Assembly (NCBI GenBank): GCA_963823665.1
Contig: CAWGMQ010000006.1
Location: 1,280,001-1,344,000 of the forward strand
From: an uncultured Planctomycetota bacterium
GTDB taxonomy: Bacteria > Planctomycetota > Planctomycetia > Isosphaerales > Isosphaeraceae
Length of the DNA: 64,000 nucleotides
Direction of reading: 5' to 3'
Position 1 is the stretch's first letter. Every line of letters begins with the position of its first letter. Below, piece by piece: positions 1 to 10,700 of this stretch. A model generated the notes under the pieces. That model had not been told where the DNA came from and searched no databases. It worked only from the letters and a program-made list of their open reading frames with translations. Both the position numbers and the translations under genes were made by a program.

Positions 1-96
1 CGCACGCCGCGTTGGGATCATCCGCTGGTGTGGACACTGCTTCTGGGCGTGCTCTGCCTCGAGTGGGTTCTCCGGCGGCGACGCGGCTTGGCGTGA
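1..96 (+). CDS. 3' end of a membrane-anchored protein (partial, runs off the window)
   Basis: Frame 1 reads RTPRWDHPLVWTLLLGVLCLEWVLRRRRGLA*, a WD..P-TM-EW..RRR.GL C-terminal anchor common in planctomycete membrane proteins. Confidence 0.7.
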   Translation, partial: RTPRWDHPLVWTLLLGVLCLEWVLRRRRGLA

Positions 97-259
97 CGTT
101 GCTCGCCGCTGGATCGAATCGATCATTCGGGGACCGTGAGATCGGCATCGGTGAATTTTCTGGCGCTGTGCGGTGCCTTGAACGCCGGGCTCGGCGGGGA
201 TACGCTGGCCCGGGTTGTCCTCTTCAAGGCGTTCGCTACTTCGCAGGGGCATCAGATCC

Positions 260-3109
260 ATGAAATGCGCCATGTTGATCGTTCTGGCGACGGTGGTCGC
301 CATTGCGGGACTCATGCCCGGCGGCGGCGTGACTGCGCAAACCAGTTCCGGCGGCCAGGATCGCGCGCGCTCGACCGCTGCGGGGCGGGAGGCGACTGAG
401 AAAGGTGGGGCCAAGAACGCAGCGCGGGATGGGCAATCTGGCGCCGTTGCGAAGCCGGCTAGCGAGCAGGGTCCGCTCATCATTCAGGCCGACGTGGTTG
501 ATGCAGACGGTCGCGCTGCGGCCGGGGCTGAGATCATTGCCCAGGTGACCTATTCGCGCGGACCCGGCGACATCGAGATGATCTCGGAGCGGGCGAAGAG
601 CGACGGCAACGGCCATGCGCGGTTCGAGCTGGCGCGGCAGCGCACGGGATCGAGCTCCTATTATGCACGCGTCTGGGCCTACCAGGAAAAATGGGCCGTT
701 GCGATGTCCAACAACATCGTGCTCGGCGGAAGAACGCCGCCGCCCGTCGTTCGATTGACACTTGATCGACCGTCGGACAGGACCATCACGATCGTCGGCG
801 TGGATCAAATGCCGGTCGTGGGACTGCGGGTGGCGCCGGTTGTGCTGCGGAAGGCAGACGGGCGGCTTGCCTGGTTCACGATTCCCGAGAAATGGGTCGA
901 GCGATTGACGGTGACGACGGACGCCAAAGGCGTGGCGACGCTCACGGGGTTGGCCGCGAGCATTGTGCCCCTGTCGATACGCGTCGCTGGCTCGCAGTTG
1001 GCACCGCACACGCTGGCGCTCGATGAACCTCAGGGGAAGGGGTATGTTCTCAAAGTCGGTCGGCCCGGGCGCCTGGTTGGTGTGGTTCGCACGGAGGCGG
1101 GTGAGCCGCTGGGTGATATTCCGGTCGAGGTGTGGGTGCGGGGTGCGGGCGCGGTGGCGGGTGACCCAGTTCGCCGTCGGATCACACCCGACGAGGTCGT
1201 GCGGCTCGATCATGGCCCGATCAAGAGCGGACCTCAGGGTACGTTTCAGACGCCGCCGGCCTTGCTGGGAGGCTCGACTTATCGTGTATCGATCGGGCGC
1301 GACGGGTACGTGCCTTTTGTTTCGGATTGGATCAGGCTGGATGACGAGCGAACGAGCTTGCAGCCGATCAGGCTGCGGGCGCTCAGGAATTTGACGGGCC
1401 GGATCGAGGACGGGCAAGGCCGGGCGATCGCGGGGGCGCGTGTTTTCCTGCCGGTGTACGGGGCGGCGACGACGACGGATGCGGACGGGCGGTTCGTGCT
1501 CGCCGGCATCACACCCGTCAAGACGGTTCTCGTGGCGGAGCATGCGGGGTTCCGGGTCCACGGCTGGGTGATCGATCCAGCGGCGAAGGCGGAAGCCAGG
1601 GTGTTCAGATTGGCGCAAACGAGCGAGGCCGCGCCGGTCATGAAGGCGCTGGCTGATCCTATCTCGCCTGAGGAATCACGGGCTCTGGCGGATCGCCTGC
1701 TCGCGCCGTACTTGAAGCACGATCCGCAAAAGGATGACGAACGAACCCGACTCGCGGCGATTGCCAGTCTGGGGGAGTTTGATCCGGACCACGCGATCGA
1801 GCTGCTGCGAGCGGGCGAGTTTCACGAAGCGGACGGGGGGTATGGGAGAACCCAAGGAGCGGTGGCCGTCAGTCTGGCGAAGCGCGATCCGGCACGCGCC
1901 GCGGAGCTGGCGCTAGTGCAGCCGCTGACGGTCAGGACCGGCATACTGGAGACAGTCGCCGCGGCGCTTCCCGCTTCAGAACGCGACCGGCGGTGGACGC
2001 TCCTGGAACAAGCGACGGACTTGTTCAAGAATGCGGGAAAACCGGCGAATCGGCAGGTGCAGCTCACGCTGGCCTCAAAGCTCGCCGAGCAATGGATGGA
2101 CCTGGGGGAGCGCGATCGCGCCCGGGCCGTGCTCGCTCTGGGGAAGGCGATTGTCGACGCTCCATCGGCGCCGCCCCAGGACATTTTTCTGGCGGCACTC
2201 GCGCGGGTCGAGCCCGAACAAGCCCTTGAGCGGCTGCAGAAGCTGCCGCGTCCTTCAGCTAACGTGGGAGTCACGATCTTCTACGATTACGCGGCGACAA
2301 TCGCGGCCGAGATCGCGACCGAACAACCCGCGGAGGCGGTGCGAGTGTTCAATCTGTGGGAGCGAGCGGGAGTTCAGTGGGCCACCAACGGTCGTGTGAT
2401 GCAGATGAGTCGTCGGCTCGCGCAGGTCGATCCGGAGCGTGCCCGCGGGTTTGCGGCATCACAGCGGGGCCCGGCCGAGCGGGCCTTGGCTTGGGCGTGC
2501 GTGGCGCTCGGGCTGGAGCGCAAGAAGGACAAATCGGGCGCAAGCGAGGCGATCGATCACGCGATTGGCGAAATCGATCGACTGCGGGAATCGGGGCCTG
2601 GCTCTGATCCGGTTGTCGTCTTGGCTACGGTGCGCTTGATTTATCCGACGAATCCAGCCGTGCTGATCCTGCCGGTCGTTGAGATGGTTGCGCCGGATCG
2701 ACTGGCAGATGTCTACTGGAGGGCCGTGGCGCTTCATCCGGCGCTCGAGAAGGAGAAGAGGGGGCAGCTTGAGTATTCCTATATTGGGTCCGAGTGCATC
2801 TTGCTGGCTCGCTACGACCGCGAGGTGGCCGCTGCTCTATTCGGGCCGATCGACGATTACCTCCGCTCGCTGGCGACCGGTGATGGGCCCGGCAACGAAT
2901 TCAATCTGGGAGCCCTTCTGGCCAAAGGGTGCATCGACCCCGGCGCCGCGGTGACGCTTATCGAAGCCCTGGCAACGGGCGAGTATGACCGAGCGAATCC
3001 GGCGCACGCGGCAAAGCTTCGACTCGCCGAGATGCTCGGCTTGCCCTCCGAAGAGCGATGGCGGCGATTGTGGCGGTCGATGAATGGGCAGGTTCCTCTC
3101 GACGACTGA
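260..3109 (+). CDS. Secreted protein with carboxypeptidase-regulatory-like beta-sandwich repeats and a helical C-terminal region
   Basis: ORF 215..3109; the ATG at 260 gives a signal peptide (MKCAMLIVLATVVAIAG). Repeats such as LTGRIEDGQGRAIAGARV...TTTDADGRFVL. Confidence 0.8.
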   Translation: MKCAMLIVLATVVAIAGLMPGGGVTAQTSSGGQDRARSTAAGREATEKGGAKNAARDGQSGAVAKPASEQGPLIIQADVVDADGRAAAGAEIIAQVTYSRGPGDIEMISERAKSDGNGHARFELARQRTGSSSYYARVWAYQEKWAVAMSNNIVLGGRTPPPVVRLTLDRPSDRTITIVGVDQMPVVGLRVAPVVLRKADGRLAWFTIPEKWVERLTVTTDAKGVATLTGLAASIVPLSIRVAGSQLAPHTLALDEPQGKGYVLKVGRPGRLVGVVRTEAGEPLGDIPVEVWVRGAGAVAGDPVRRRITPDEVVRLDHGPIKSGPQGTFQTPPALLGGSTYRVSIGRDGYVPFVSDWIRLDDERTSLQPIRLRALRNLTGRIEDGQGRAIAGARVFLPVYGAATTTDADGRFVLAGITPVKTVLVAEHAGFRVHGWVIDPAAKAEARVFRLAQTSEAAPVMKALADPISPEESRALADRLLAPYLKHDPQKDDERTRLAAIASLGEFDPDHAIELLRAGEFHEADGGYGRTQGAVAVSLAKRDPARAAELALVQPLTVRTGILETVAAALPASERDRRWTLLEQATDLFKNAGKPANRQVQLTLASKLAEQWMDLGERDRARAVLALGKAIVDAPSAPPQDIFLAALARVEPEQALERLQKLPRPSANVGVTIFYDYAATIAAEIATEQPAEAVRVFNLWERAGVQWATNGRVMQMSRRLAQVDPERARGFAASQRGPAERALAWACVALGLERKKDKSGASEAIDHAIGEIDRLRESGPGSDPVVVLATVRLIYPTNPAVLILPVVEMVAPDRLADVYWRAVALHPALEKEKRGQLEYSYIGSECILLARYDREVAAALFGPIDDYLRSLATGDGPGNEFNLGALLAKGCIDPGAAVTLIEALATGEYDRANPAHAAKLRLAEMLGLPSEERWRRLWRSMNGQVPLDD

Positions 3110-3128
3110 TCATGATCAGGTGATTGGA

Positions 3129-4610
3129 TCAATGTGCCCTTTCTTTGGCCTGGCGCTGGAGGGTGAAATCCAGGTTCTCGATGTTGGTTTGGCCGGGCTG
3201 GATGTCGAGGAGTTTGATCACCTGAGGTTTGGGATACGCGAAGCCTTCGGGCAGGCTGTTGAAGTAGAGCTTTGCGCGGCCTGAGGGGAGGCGGAGCTGG
3301 TATTTGCCGTCTGCCTTGGTGAAATCGTCATCGAGGCCTGGGCTCGGCCCGGTTTCGCTGTCGACGACTGCCGAAATGGCGGCGCCTTCCACGGGCTTGC
3401 CGTCGGGATCGAGCACACGGCCGGATACGAGTGTGCCGGTCTCCATCCGCAACGTCAGGTGCGGGTCGTGCTCGGGCTTGACTAGCTGATTCTCGAGCGG
3501 TCGAAACGTGCCGAGGTTTTTCGAATCACTCACAGAGAGAACGAACTCGATCTGCGGGACGCCGTGAAGCGCGAACGTTCCATTTTCGTCAGTTAACGCG
3601 CGGAACTGGCTCAGGTAGTAGATCTGACGTTCAGGCGGAGGTGAGAGTCGCGCGACGACTTCAACGCCGGCGGCGGGTTTACCGTCGGGCGAGAGAACTC
3701 GGCCGGAAACGAGGCTCTCCGTGGAGATAGTCAGTTGGATCGGCTGATCGAAGGTTTTGCCCTCGTTTCGCCACTGGGCTTCGGCGAGCCCGTCGCCGTT
3801 GGTTACCAACGTGAGCCTTCCGCTTGTAGGGACATCGCTGAAGTGAATTCGACCTTGTGCGTCGGGTCGGCAGTCGAAGCGTTCGGGCAACGCGGTGTCG
3901 AGACCGGGAAAGTTGTCTTCGCGCGGGAACGACTCGTAATCGAAGAAGTCGGGTCCGGTGATCACGTGGAGGACGCGCGTGCGAACAATCACCTTCGTGG
4001 GGTCATAGCCTGCGGGCACCGTCACCTTTCCTTCTATCGAGCGCGACGGCTCGAGCCTCACGCGGCCTCCCGAGTTGAATGGAGCGCGGTTCGTCCACTT
4101 GGCGGCGCGGGCGGTGCCGATCAAGCGGCCCGGCACGCGTGCGTAGATCCAGCGATCGAAGTTGCCGGATTCGTTGCTGAAGATCGCGTCGGAGCAGAGA
4201 GCCCTGCCGTGTTCGTCTGTTGTGAATGGGCCCGATCGAACGTACCGGCCTTTAACGCTGCCGGTCTGCTGAAAGAGAAAAACTTCCGCGTTCGGCACCG
4301 GCTTGCCCTGGGCATCCACGCAGAGGACGTTGACCTTTGGGGTCGTTGGTTGAGAGGTTTGCGGTGACGCTGGGTTGGCGCTTGCGGGCTGAGATTTCGG
4401 AGAGCTTGCCGGCAGCGCGGCTGGCGCGGCCGGAATGCCTGTCGGGGTTGATGTAGCAACCCCGGCCACGAGGGCCAGCATGATCAGACTAAATGTCGGG
4501 ATCGAGCGGCGAGTCGCGTTCAGGGAGTCGACGGAAGGCTTGAATGCGGCATCGACAGGAACCACCGTGATCGCTCTCCTGAGCGACGTGAGCGCCATGA
4601 AGTGCGGCAT
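3129..4610 (-). CDS. Carboxypeptidase-regulatory-like domain protein
   Basis: 493-aa ORF with repeated VSGRVLxPDGKPxxGxxV and TDxxGxF motifs. Start uncertain. Confidence 0.8.
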   Translation of the reverse strand: MPHFMALTSLRRAITVVPVDAAFKPSVDSLNATRRSIPTFSLIMLALVAGVATSTPTGIPAAPAALPASSPKSQPASANPASPQTSQPTTPKVNVLCVDAQGKPVPNAEVFLFQQTGSVKGRYVRSGPFTTDEHGRALCSDAIFSNESGNFDRWIYARVPGRLIGTARAAKWTNRAPFNSGGRVRLEPSRSIEGKVTVPAGYDPTKVIVRTRVLHVITGPDFFDYESFPREDNFPGLDTALPERFDCRPDAQGRIHFSDVPTSGRLTLVTNGDGLAEAQWRNEGKTFDQPIQLTISTESLVSGRVLSPDGKPAAGVEVVARLSPPPERQIYYLSQFRALTDENGTFALHGVPQIEFVLSVSDSKNLGTFRPLENQLVKPEHDPHLTLRMETGTLVSGRVLDPDGKPVEGAAISAVVDSETGPSPGLDDDFTKADGKYQLRLPSGRAKLYFNSLPEGFAYPKPQVIKLLDIQPGQTNIENLDFTLQRQAKERAH

Positions 4611-4845
4611 GCGACCGGCCTTTCTTGCCAGGGCTGGCGATCATCTCCTGCATCCGGTTGAGCTGGTCCTCCGTCATTTGAGTCTGCGATTGGGGTGGCG
4701 TCAATACACCCATACGATGCGGCGATCCCGGACCGAATAGGCAGGAGCTGCGACCGGGACGGCCAGTTCGAGTTGTGTTTTCGCGCGGGAGCGCGTGAGG
4801 GGTGAATGGGGTGCCTTCACGAATCGCGCCGCGGAGCGGCGGGGA

Positions 4846-4910
4846 GAGCGTTCCCACGCGGGAGCGTGGGAACGAGTGAGGACGCACTTTCGCGGAGCGA
4901 AAGGCGACAA
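4846..4910. repeat. Cluster of two REP-like palindromes
   Basis: cgttcccacgcgggagcgtgggaacg, then ctttcgcggagcgaaaggcgacaat. A partial copy of the first lies at ~20276-20295; the second matches the reconstructed IS1182 target. Confidence 0.7.
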
Positions 4911-5073
4911 TTTGCGGGGTTGGCGGGCGCGGGCGTGGTAATGACGCGGCGAGCCACCGGTCAGCGCGACCGGGGTGACGGATCGGGCTTACGCCCAAGG
5001 TTGGAGGACGTTCGTCCCGTCCGAACCACGCTCTGACGAGCGTGGTCCGGGAATTCGGTCGGTGGCCGGTTGG

Positions 5074-5733
5074 TTACGCAATCGCCTTGCGGCGAAGGAA
5101 TCGGGAGTAGACGAGAGTTCCGGCAAAGCCGACGATGCCGAGCATGATCGAAGCCGGCTCGGGCACGGACTGGATTGTGGTCGCGCATGCCAGACCTCGG
5201 CATACCGGGTCGAAGTAAGTTGTGCCGCCGGAGTTCGGGTCAGAACCCGTTGGAAAATAAGTATACTCAACCGTCGAAGCATAATTCGGGGGACCGTACG
5301 GTTTCACGATTCCCGTCGAGTGGCCGAAATGCCAGTGATTGAACTCGAGGGAGAGGGGTGCAATATCGACCGATGTGCCACCACCCAGGTCGACGATTCC
5401 CCCGACCGACAAGTAAGTGTAGCCGTGGGCTCCGGCCCGCATCGTTTCGTAACCGCCACTTCCGAGGGTGAAGAGAAGGTTGTGGCTCGAATCATAAAAG
5501 TTGACGTCGGCGGTTGATGAAATCACCGTGCTGTTGGCAGCCGGTAGCGCGTCGAACGTCACCGTGCCGGAGAAATAGCCATCGTTAAGCGGAGCGGGTT
5601 GATTTCCGTAGCTGAACTCTCCGAATGTACCCGAGATACTCACGACCACTTCCGAAGCGTTTACCACCGGGCTGGCTAGCGAGAAGAACCCAATTGCGGC
5701 TGTCATCGCTACAGACGCTGCGTATCGTCGCAT
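5074..5733 (-). CDS. PEP-CTERM sorting domain protein
   Basis: N-terminal signal peptide; C-terminal VPEPASIMLGIVGFAGTLVYSRFLRRK. Confidence 0.9.
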   Translation of the reverse strand: MRRYAASVAMTAAIGFFSLASPVVNASEVVVSISGTFGEFSYGNQPAPLNDGYFSGTVTFDALPAANSTVISSTADVNFYDSSHNLLFTLGSGGYETMRAGAHGYTYLSVGGIVDLGGGTSVDIAPLSLEFNHWHFGHSTGIVKPYGPPNYASTVEYTYFPTGSDPNSGGTTYFDPVCRGLACATTIQSVPEPASIMLGIVGFAGTLVYSRFLRRKAIA

Positions 5734-6012
5734 GCTAGAAACTCCTGACCTACGATCGATAATCCCTCATCTCGTTTGCAATTGTTGCGAGCCGGGTGAC
5801 ATCCACCCGGTCGTGCCTGCAGGAATCGATGCTAAGAGAGCTACAACCAAACTTCGATGAGTGACGCAAAATATCATTGATCGAACATTTTTGAGTTGCG
5901 AAAAGCGAACAACTCGACGGAGCGGGAGGCGGCGGCGACGCTTTCGAACATTGTCGGTGGCGAAAAATCAACAAGGTGGACTCAGAGCCGGGAAATCCAA
6001 GGAGCAGGCAAA

Positions 6013-7389
6013 GTGAAGAGCGAGCGGTCCGTCGTGTTGGGTAGTCTCTGGGCTTTTGTGGTCGGCGGCATCAGCGGCGGCGGGATCTGGTGGATTACCA
6101 ACCAGATTGTCGTCAACGGCCGGAGCATCCTCGATCGGGCGGCGTGGCCGCTCAACACGCCTGTCCCATTCGTCGTGGTCGGTTCGGTTCTCACGGGGAT
6201 CTCCGTGCTACGAGCGAACCGAAGGGCGCAGGCGCTGCGGGAAGAGCTGCGCGGGGTTGCCGGTGAGCTGGGGCTCACCTATGAGGAGGGGGACGTCGTC
6301 GTCCCGCCGGAGGCTCGCCCCAACACACCGCTCTTTGCGGGATGGAGCCGATGCCAGAACCGCTTGAGCGGAACGAATGACGGCGCGGCTGCACAGATGT
6401 TCGACCTCACCACGGTCTCCGGGGCTGGGGACGGGACGGTAGACCGCTCATGGACGGTGGTTGTCTTTGAACAGACGCACCTGCCTGCGTTCAGTTGTCT
6501 CCCGGACGTCTGGTGGACGAAAGTCGATCGGATTCACATGTCGCCGGTCAACTTCGACCCGGAGGCCGGCGACCCGATGACCGGGCACGCCGTGGCCGAG
6601 TTTCAGTCGTCCTACCAGGTGTGCCTGCCCGGAAGGGCGACAGCTACCCAGGAGGAGGAAACCCGGCGGCTCTTCCGCGTGCCTTTGATGGCGGCCCTGG
6701 CACGACACTCGGGGTGGTTCATCCAGGCGGCCGATGGGTGTTTGGTTTTTGCCCACCGGGGGATCGCGGCTGCGGCGGAACGGGCGTCACTCTGGCGCGA
6801 GGCGGCCGAGCTGCGCCGGGCTTTTCTGGCGCGCGTGTCTTCCGCGGTCGTGTCGATCCCCCCTGCCCCGGGGATGGAGCGAGGCCGCGAGGAAAATCGC
6901 CGGGTCGGCCGGGCCGGCGGGGGTATGGCCGGCGCGGTCCTCGGGTTTTTCGGAAGCTTCATCGGGTTTGCCACGTTGATGCTGAACCGGAGGGGCGCAC
7001 CGAGCCCGTACGCGATGTTCGCATTCTTTCCCGTCATGATCGGCGGACTGGTGGTGGGCGCCGTGGTAGGCACGTGGGTGGGACGGTGGCTGGCCGACCG
7101 ATCGTATCGCCCCGCGCCCGATGGCCTACCCGCGCCGAAGATCGCCTGGGGTTGGGTCATTGCCGGTGCGTTCGGCGGCTGGGCAGTTGGAGTCGCCGTT
7201 GGGCTCACGCTGGTGACGATCATCGGCAAGCTGGTCCCGAACGGGTGGTTCCTGCCGATTGTTTTCTTTTCTCCACCGCTTCTTATTGTCGTTCTTGGTG
7301 GCGTTGCTGGCCATCGCTTCGGGCGCCGGTGGCAAGTCCGGCGGGCGCTGGAGGGGGGACGGGCGCGAGGTGTGCGGCGTGGCTCATGA
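6013..7389 (+). CDS. Hypothetical multi-pass membrane protein
   Basis: ORF 5896..7389; GTG at 6013 follows ggag. Two N-terminal and four C-terminal hydrophobic segments. Confidence 0.7.
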   Translation: MKSERSVVLGSLWAFVVGGISGGGIWWITNQIVVNGRSILDRAAWPLNTPVPFVVVGSVLTGISVLRANRRAQALREELRGVAGELGLTYEEGDVVVPPEARPNTPLFAGWSRCQNRLSGTNDGAAAQMFDLTTVSGAGDGTVDRSWTVVVFEQTHLPAFSCLPDVWWTKVDRIHMSPVNFDPEAGDPMTGHAVAEFQSSYQVCLPGRATATQEEETRRLFRVPLMAALARHSGWFIQAADGCLVFAHRGIAAAAERASLWREAAELRRAFLARVSSAVVSIPPAPGMERGREENRRVGRAGGGMAGAVLGFFGSFIGFATLMLNRRGAPSPYAMFAFFPVMIGGLVVGAVVGTWVGRWLADRSYRPAPDGLPAPKIAWGWVIAGAFGGWAVGVAVGLTLVTIIGKLVPNGWFLPIVFFSPPLLIVVLGGVAGHRFGRRWQVRRALEGGRARGVRRGS

Positions 7390-7525
7390 CAGCCGAGGGC
7401 GGCTGTCCTACATCGTAGCGCCGGTTCCGGCTCGATTGACACGATTTGCGGTTTGCACTAACATTCCGCGGCCCGACCGCGGCCGATGCCGATGAGCTGC
7501 GCGGTGATGAGGTTGGACGCTGGTC

Positions 7526-8020
7526 GTGGATTTCGAGGCCCAGGGAGTGCCCGCCGTGCGAAAGGCCGTTCCGGGACGAGCGATCTTGATCATCGTGGCC
7601 GCGACGGCCGGTTGTCAGATGACGGGCACGCGTCCGATCAACGTGCCTGGCGAGGATCTGACCGTCGATCGACTTTATCCGGCCAAATTCAATGCCGTGA
7701 AAATCGCCGTCGAAGACATCATGCACAACCACGAAACGATGCAAGAGATCGCGGGCTTCGACTATTCCCAGGGAGTGACGACATCTTCCTGGAGCTGGAA
7801 AGGCCCGTTCCACAAGGTGGCGCACCGGGATATGGAGAACCTCGGCCGCACGCTGAAGGTCAAGGTCGAGCAACAGGACGACGGCTGTCTCGTGACGGTG
7901 CGGCTGTCGACCGGGGATGCGAAGAATGACCTGGTGCAGTCGGGAAAATTTCTCGATCGGATGGGTGAATCGGTTGTCATGACGCCGGCGGCGCAGCCGG
8001 GGGCTGGACCGCGACAGTGA
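7526..8020 (+). CDS. Putative lipoprotein (possibly DUF3568-like)
   Basis: Hydrophobic stretch ending in ATAGC (lipobox-like), then a small alpha/beta domain. Confidence 0.6.
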   Translation: MDFEAQGVPAVRKAVPGRAILIIVAATAGCQMTGTRPINVPGEDLTVDRLYPAKFNAVKIAVEDIMHNHETMQEIAGFDYSQGVTTSSWSWKGPFHKVAHRDMENLGRTLKVKVEQQDDGCLVTVRLSTGDAKNDLVQSGKFLDRMGESVVMTPAAQPGAGPRQ

Positions 8021-8047
8021 TCTTGAGCGAAGGACGACACTGTATTG

Positions 8048-9874
8048 TTACAGACCGGGTGGCTTGAACATGGCTTGCCAGTCGAAGCGGATTTCGGTTT
8101 CCTTGCCGATGGCGGGTAGCCTGAAGGGCTCGAAGCTCTGGCCGCGGAAGCAGAGCCAGACGAACGATGGGGATTCGAGCGGCTCGTCGAAACGGAAGGT
8201 CACGACGTTCGGGCGGCCATCGGTGGTGAGCGTGGCGACTCGTGCGGTCATTCCGGTGAGCTTCACTTCCTCTCCCAGGGCCATCGGCCTACGGTCGCTG
8301 CGGAATACCTTGTCCAAGACGAAACTGAGGTAGCCCCAACCGGGGGTGATTTCGAGGGTGTGCTTGTCGAGGCGGCGGATGATGACCGAAGGAACTGCCG
8401 GCGCGAGGGCGCGTATGTGGCGCGGGATCGGTTTGCCGGCGGCCAACTGTCGGAAGCCGAGGTAGGCCGCATGAGCCACGCTGGGCGCATTGACGACAAC
8501 CAGCGTTTTTTCTCCGATCGCCGGGCCGAGAGGCGCATTGACATAAAGACGATGCTCGACCCAGAACGGGCCGAGCGGGCTGGTCGCCCGGCAAGGCGAA
8601 AAGAGCGGCGCCCAGATCGCATGCACGACCACGAAAAACCAGGCAAGCGCAACGGCGGGGATCCGCGACCAGAGCCTCTGAGGGGGAGTTCCCGATCGTG
8701 TGAATACAAGCTCCCAGAACTGGGCCAGCAGGCCGAACGCGCCCAGGGCGACGAACGTCAGGAGCCTGTCCATCGGCAAGGTGGCACAAACGGGAACGGC
8801 CGCGAATACCATTCCCGCGAGCCAGAATCTGGCGAGGCGATCACGCTTGAGCAACGGGGCGACGGCAACGAGTAGAAGGGCGACCAGGCCGACCGCCGAC
8901 CACCAAAAGAAGGTCGATAACGGCGGTTGCAGCACGGCACCGGTTTCGGCCGGAAGCGGGCCCCACTGGCCGAAGAGCATCAGGGGCAGGCGCTTGGCCA
9001 GGGCGGCCAGGTACGGAATGGGGTCGGTGAGGGGATCGACGTAGACGCCCACGTTTTGAACGCCGAAGCCCCACGAGTCGCGTAGCGTGCGCCAGATCAC
9101 GACGATCATGCCATAGGGTGCTAGTGCCAAACAGCCGCGCCAGCAGCCCTTGGGGTCGATGCAGAGAGCATACGCAGCGAGATAGGCACACGTGCCGATT
9201 CCTTCCTCCTTGGAGAAAAGGGCCAGGGCAAAGAGGAGCACGGCCAGGAGCGCCCCAGGAATGGAGCCATTGCGCCGCCACCGATCGTGGCAGACGAGTG
9301 CGGAGAAGCCGAAGGTCGCCGCGATCAGAACGTTGCGATTGGCGATGAATCCGACGGTCGTGCCTCGCGCATCATCGACGGCAAAGAGCAATGCGGCGAC
9401 GGCTGCGACCCACGTCGGGCCGAGCATCCGCCGGTAGAATACCGCGGCGGCGGCCACCGCGGTGGCGAGCCAGAACAGGCTGTGGGCATGCATGAGCGCC
9501 GGCGAGCCGGGCCAGAGTGCGTAATCGAGCCGGTGGGTGAGGGTGGGCACAGCCTGGAGAAACTCGGCTTTCAACGTCGGGTCGGTCCACCAGGGGAACG
9601 CGCCGATGTCCATGATGCGGCCGGTGCGCACGGGGTCGCCGCGAAAGAAGCGGAACATCTCGGATGGAGGTCCGAGCAGGTCGCGGTACGCGGAATACGG
9701 CTGCAAGACTTCGCGGTGATAAAAATCGTCGAGGATCAAGCCCGTACCCAGAGAGGGCAGACCGAGGAAGACCGCCAGCGCCGCGACGGCGAGTGGGAAA
9801 TAACGCGATCTCGGCAACGACGTGAGGATGGCCATCAGCCGCTCCGCAAGGCGTCCGCGTACTGCGCTTGGCAT
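8048..9874 (-). CDS. Polytopic membrane protein, GT-C glycosyltransferase-like
   Basis: TM followed by a GLILDD acidic loop, plus ANRN and LFSKEEG motifs and many TM helices. Start set at MPSAV (9874) because the longer ORF overlaps the next gene. Confidence 0.65.
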   Translation of the reverse strand: MPSAVRGRLAERLMAILTSLPRSRYFPLAVAALAVFLGLPSLGTGLILDDFYHREVLQPYSAYRDLLGPPSEMFRFFRGDPVRTGRIMDIGAFPWWTDPTLKAEFLQAVPTLTHRLDYALWPGSPALMHAHSLFWLATAVAAAAVFYRRMLGPTWVAAVAALLFAVDDARGTTVGFIANRNVLIAATFGFSALVCHDRWRRNGSIPGALLAVLLFALALFSKEEGIGTCAYLAAYALCIDPKGCWRGCLALAPYGMIVVIWRTLRDSWGFGVQNVGVYVDPLTDPIPYLAALAKRLPLMLFGQWGPLPAETGAVLQPPLSTFFWWSAVGLVALLLVAVAPLLKRDRLARFWLAGMVFAAVPVCATLPMDRLLTFVALGAFGLLAQFWELVFTRSGTPPQRLWSRIPAVALAWFFVVVHAIWAPLFSPCRATSPLGPFWVEHRLYVNAPLGPAIGEKTLVVVNAPSVAHAAYLGFRQLAAGKPIPRHIRALAPAVPSVIIRRLDKHTLEITPGWGYLSFVLDKVFRSDRRPMALGEEVKLTGMTARVATLTTDGRPNVVTFRFDEPLESPSFVWLCFRGQSFEPFRLPAIGKETEIRFDWQAMFKPPGL

Positions 9875-9977
9875 TGCGCGATCTCTCTGAACTGGTCTCG
9901 AATCGTGAGTTGTGTGACATTTGTCAGGGTAGCACGTGATCTCGTGCGGTGCCAGGCGGGAGCGTTTTGGGGTCAAT

Positions 9978-10466
9978 TCAACCGAGCAGATTGGCTCCTT
10001 CCTCGCTGACTCGTGTTTCGGGCTGATCCAGGACTCGGTCGACCGGCGTGGTTGTTCCGTTGCCGCCGGCGTGCGGGCGTGCGGCGGCGGCCTGGGCATC
10101 ACGCTTCAGATTGGCGGCCTCGTTTCGGGTGGCATCGGATTGGCTTGCAAGCTGGGACGGAACGAACTTGGCGGCGGCGCCGATCACTCCGGCTTGCTGA
10201 AGAGCCACTCTGGTCTTGAGCTTGGCTTCACTCAAGAGCGCGAACCAGTCGGCGTTCTGCGAGGGAGCCCAGAGATAGGCTCGAATTCTGACACTGTCGG
10301 GCTCGAGCGCCTCGACGAGGGCTCTGGGGGGCGGTTCGGCGAGGATTCCCTTGAGCGATCTGAGGGTGCGATTGATGGCGTCGATGGCATCGACGACCGA
10401 CGCATCGTTGGGGATCACGACATCGAAGTTGTTGCGGAAGCTGGGTGAAGCCGTGGCGTTGATCAT
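9978..10466 (-). pseudogene. C-terminal fragment of an MscS-family mechanosensitive channel
   Basis: INATASP...PPPRALVEALEPDSVRIRAYLW resembles the MscS cytoplasmic domain; no TM region upstream. Confidence 0.5.
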
Positions 10467-10700
10467 GGGATTCCTTCCGCGCGTGCCGCTCCCTGGCAGT
10501 GGGACTTTCGAGCAAAACTCGCGCCGACCAGGCGACGACTGCGCGGGACCTCGGTGTTTCTGTATGCTGGGGGTGAGTTACGTTCGCAGTGCGTTCGGAT
10601 TCTCGCGGTTTGGGCGAGACGCGGAGCGTCGGGAGGCGGTGTGCCGACGCGGAGCATCGACACAAGGGGGATCTGATGAGGCGCCAGGAGGTCGTTATCC

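Noticed and set aside
236..1618. 460-aa minus-strand ORF, and similar ones at 20490..21707 and 49599..50594
   Set aside because: Antisense shadows of GC-rich genes, with R/P/H-rich composition and no motifs.
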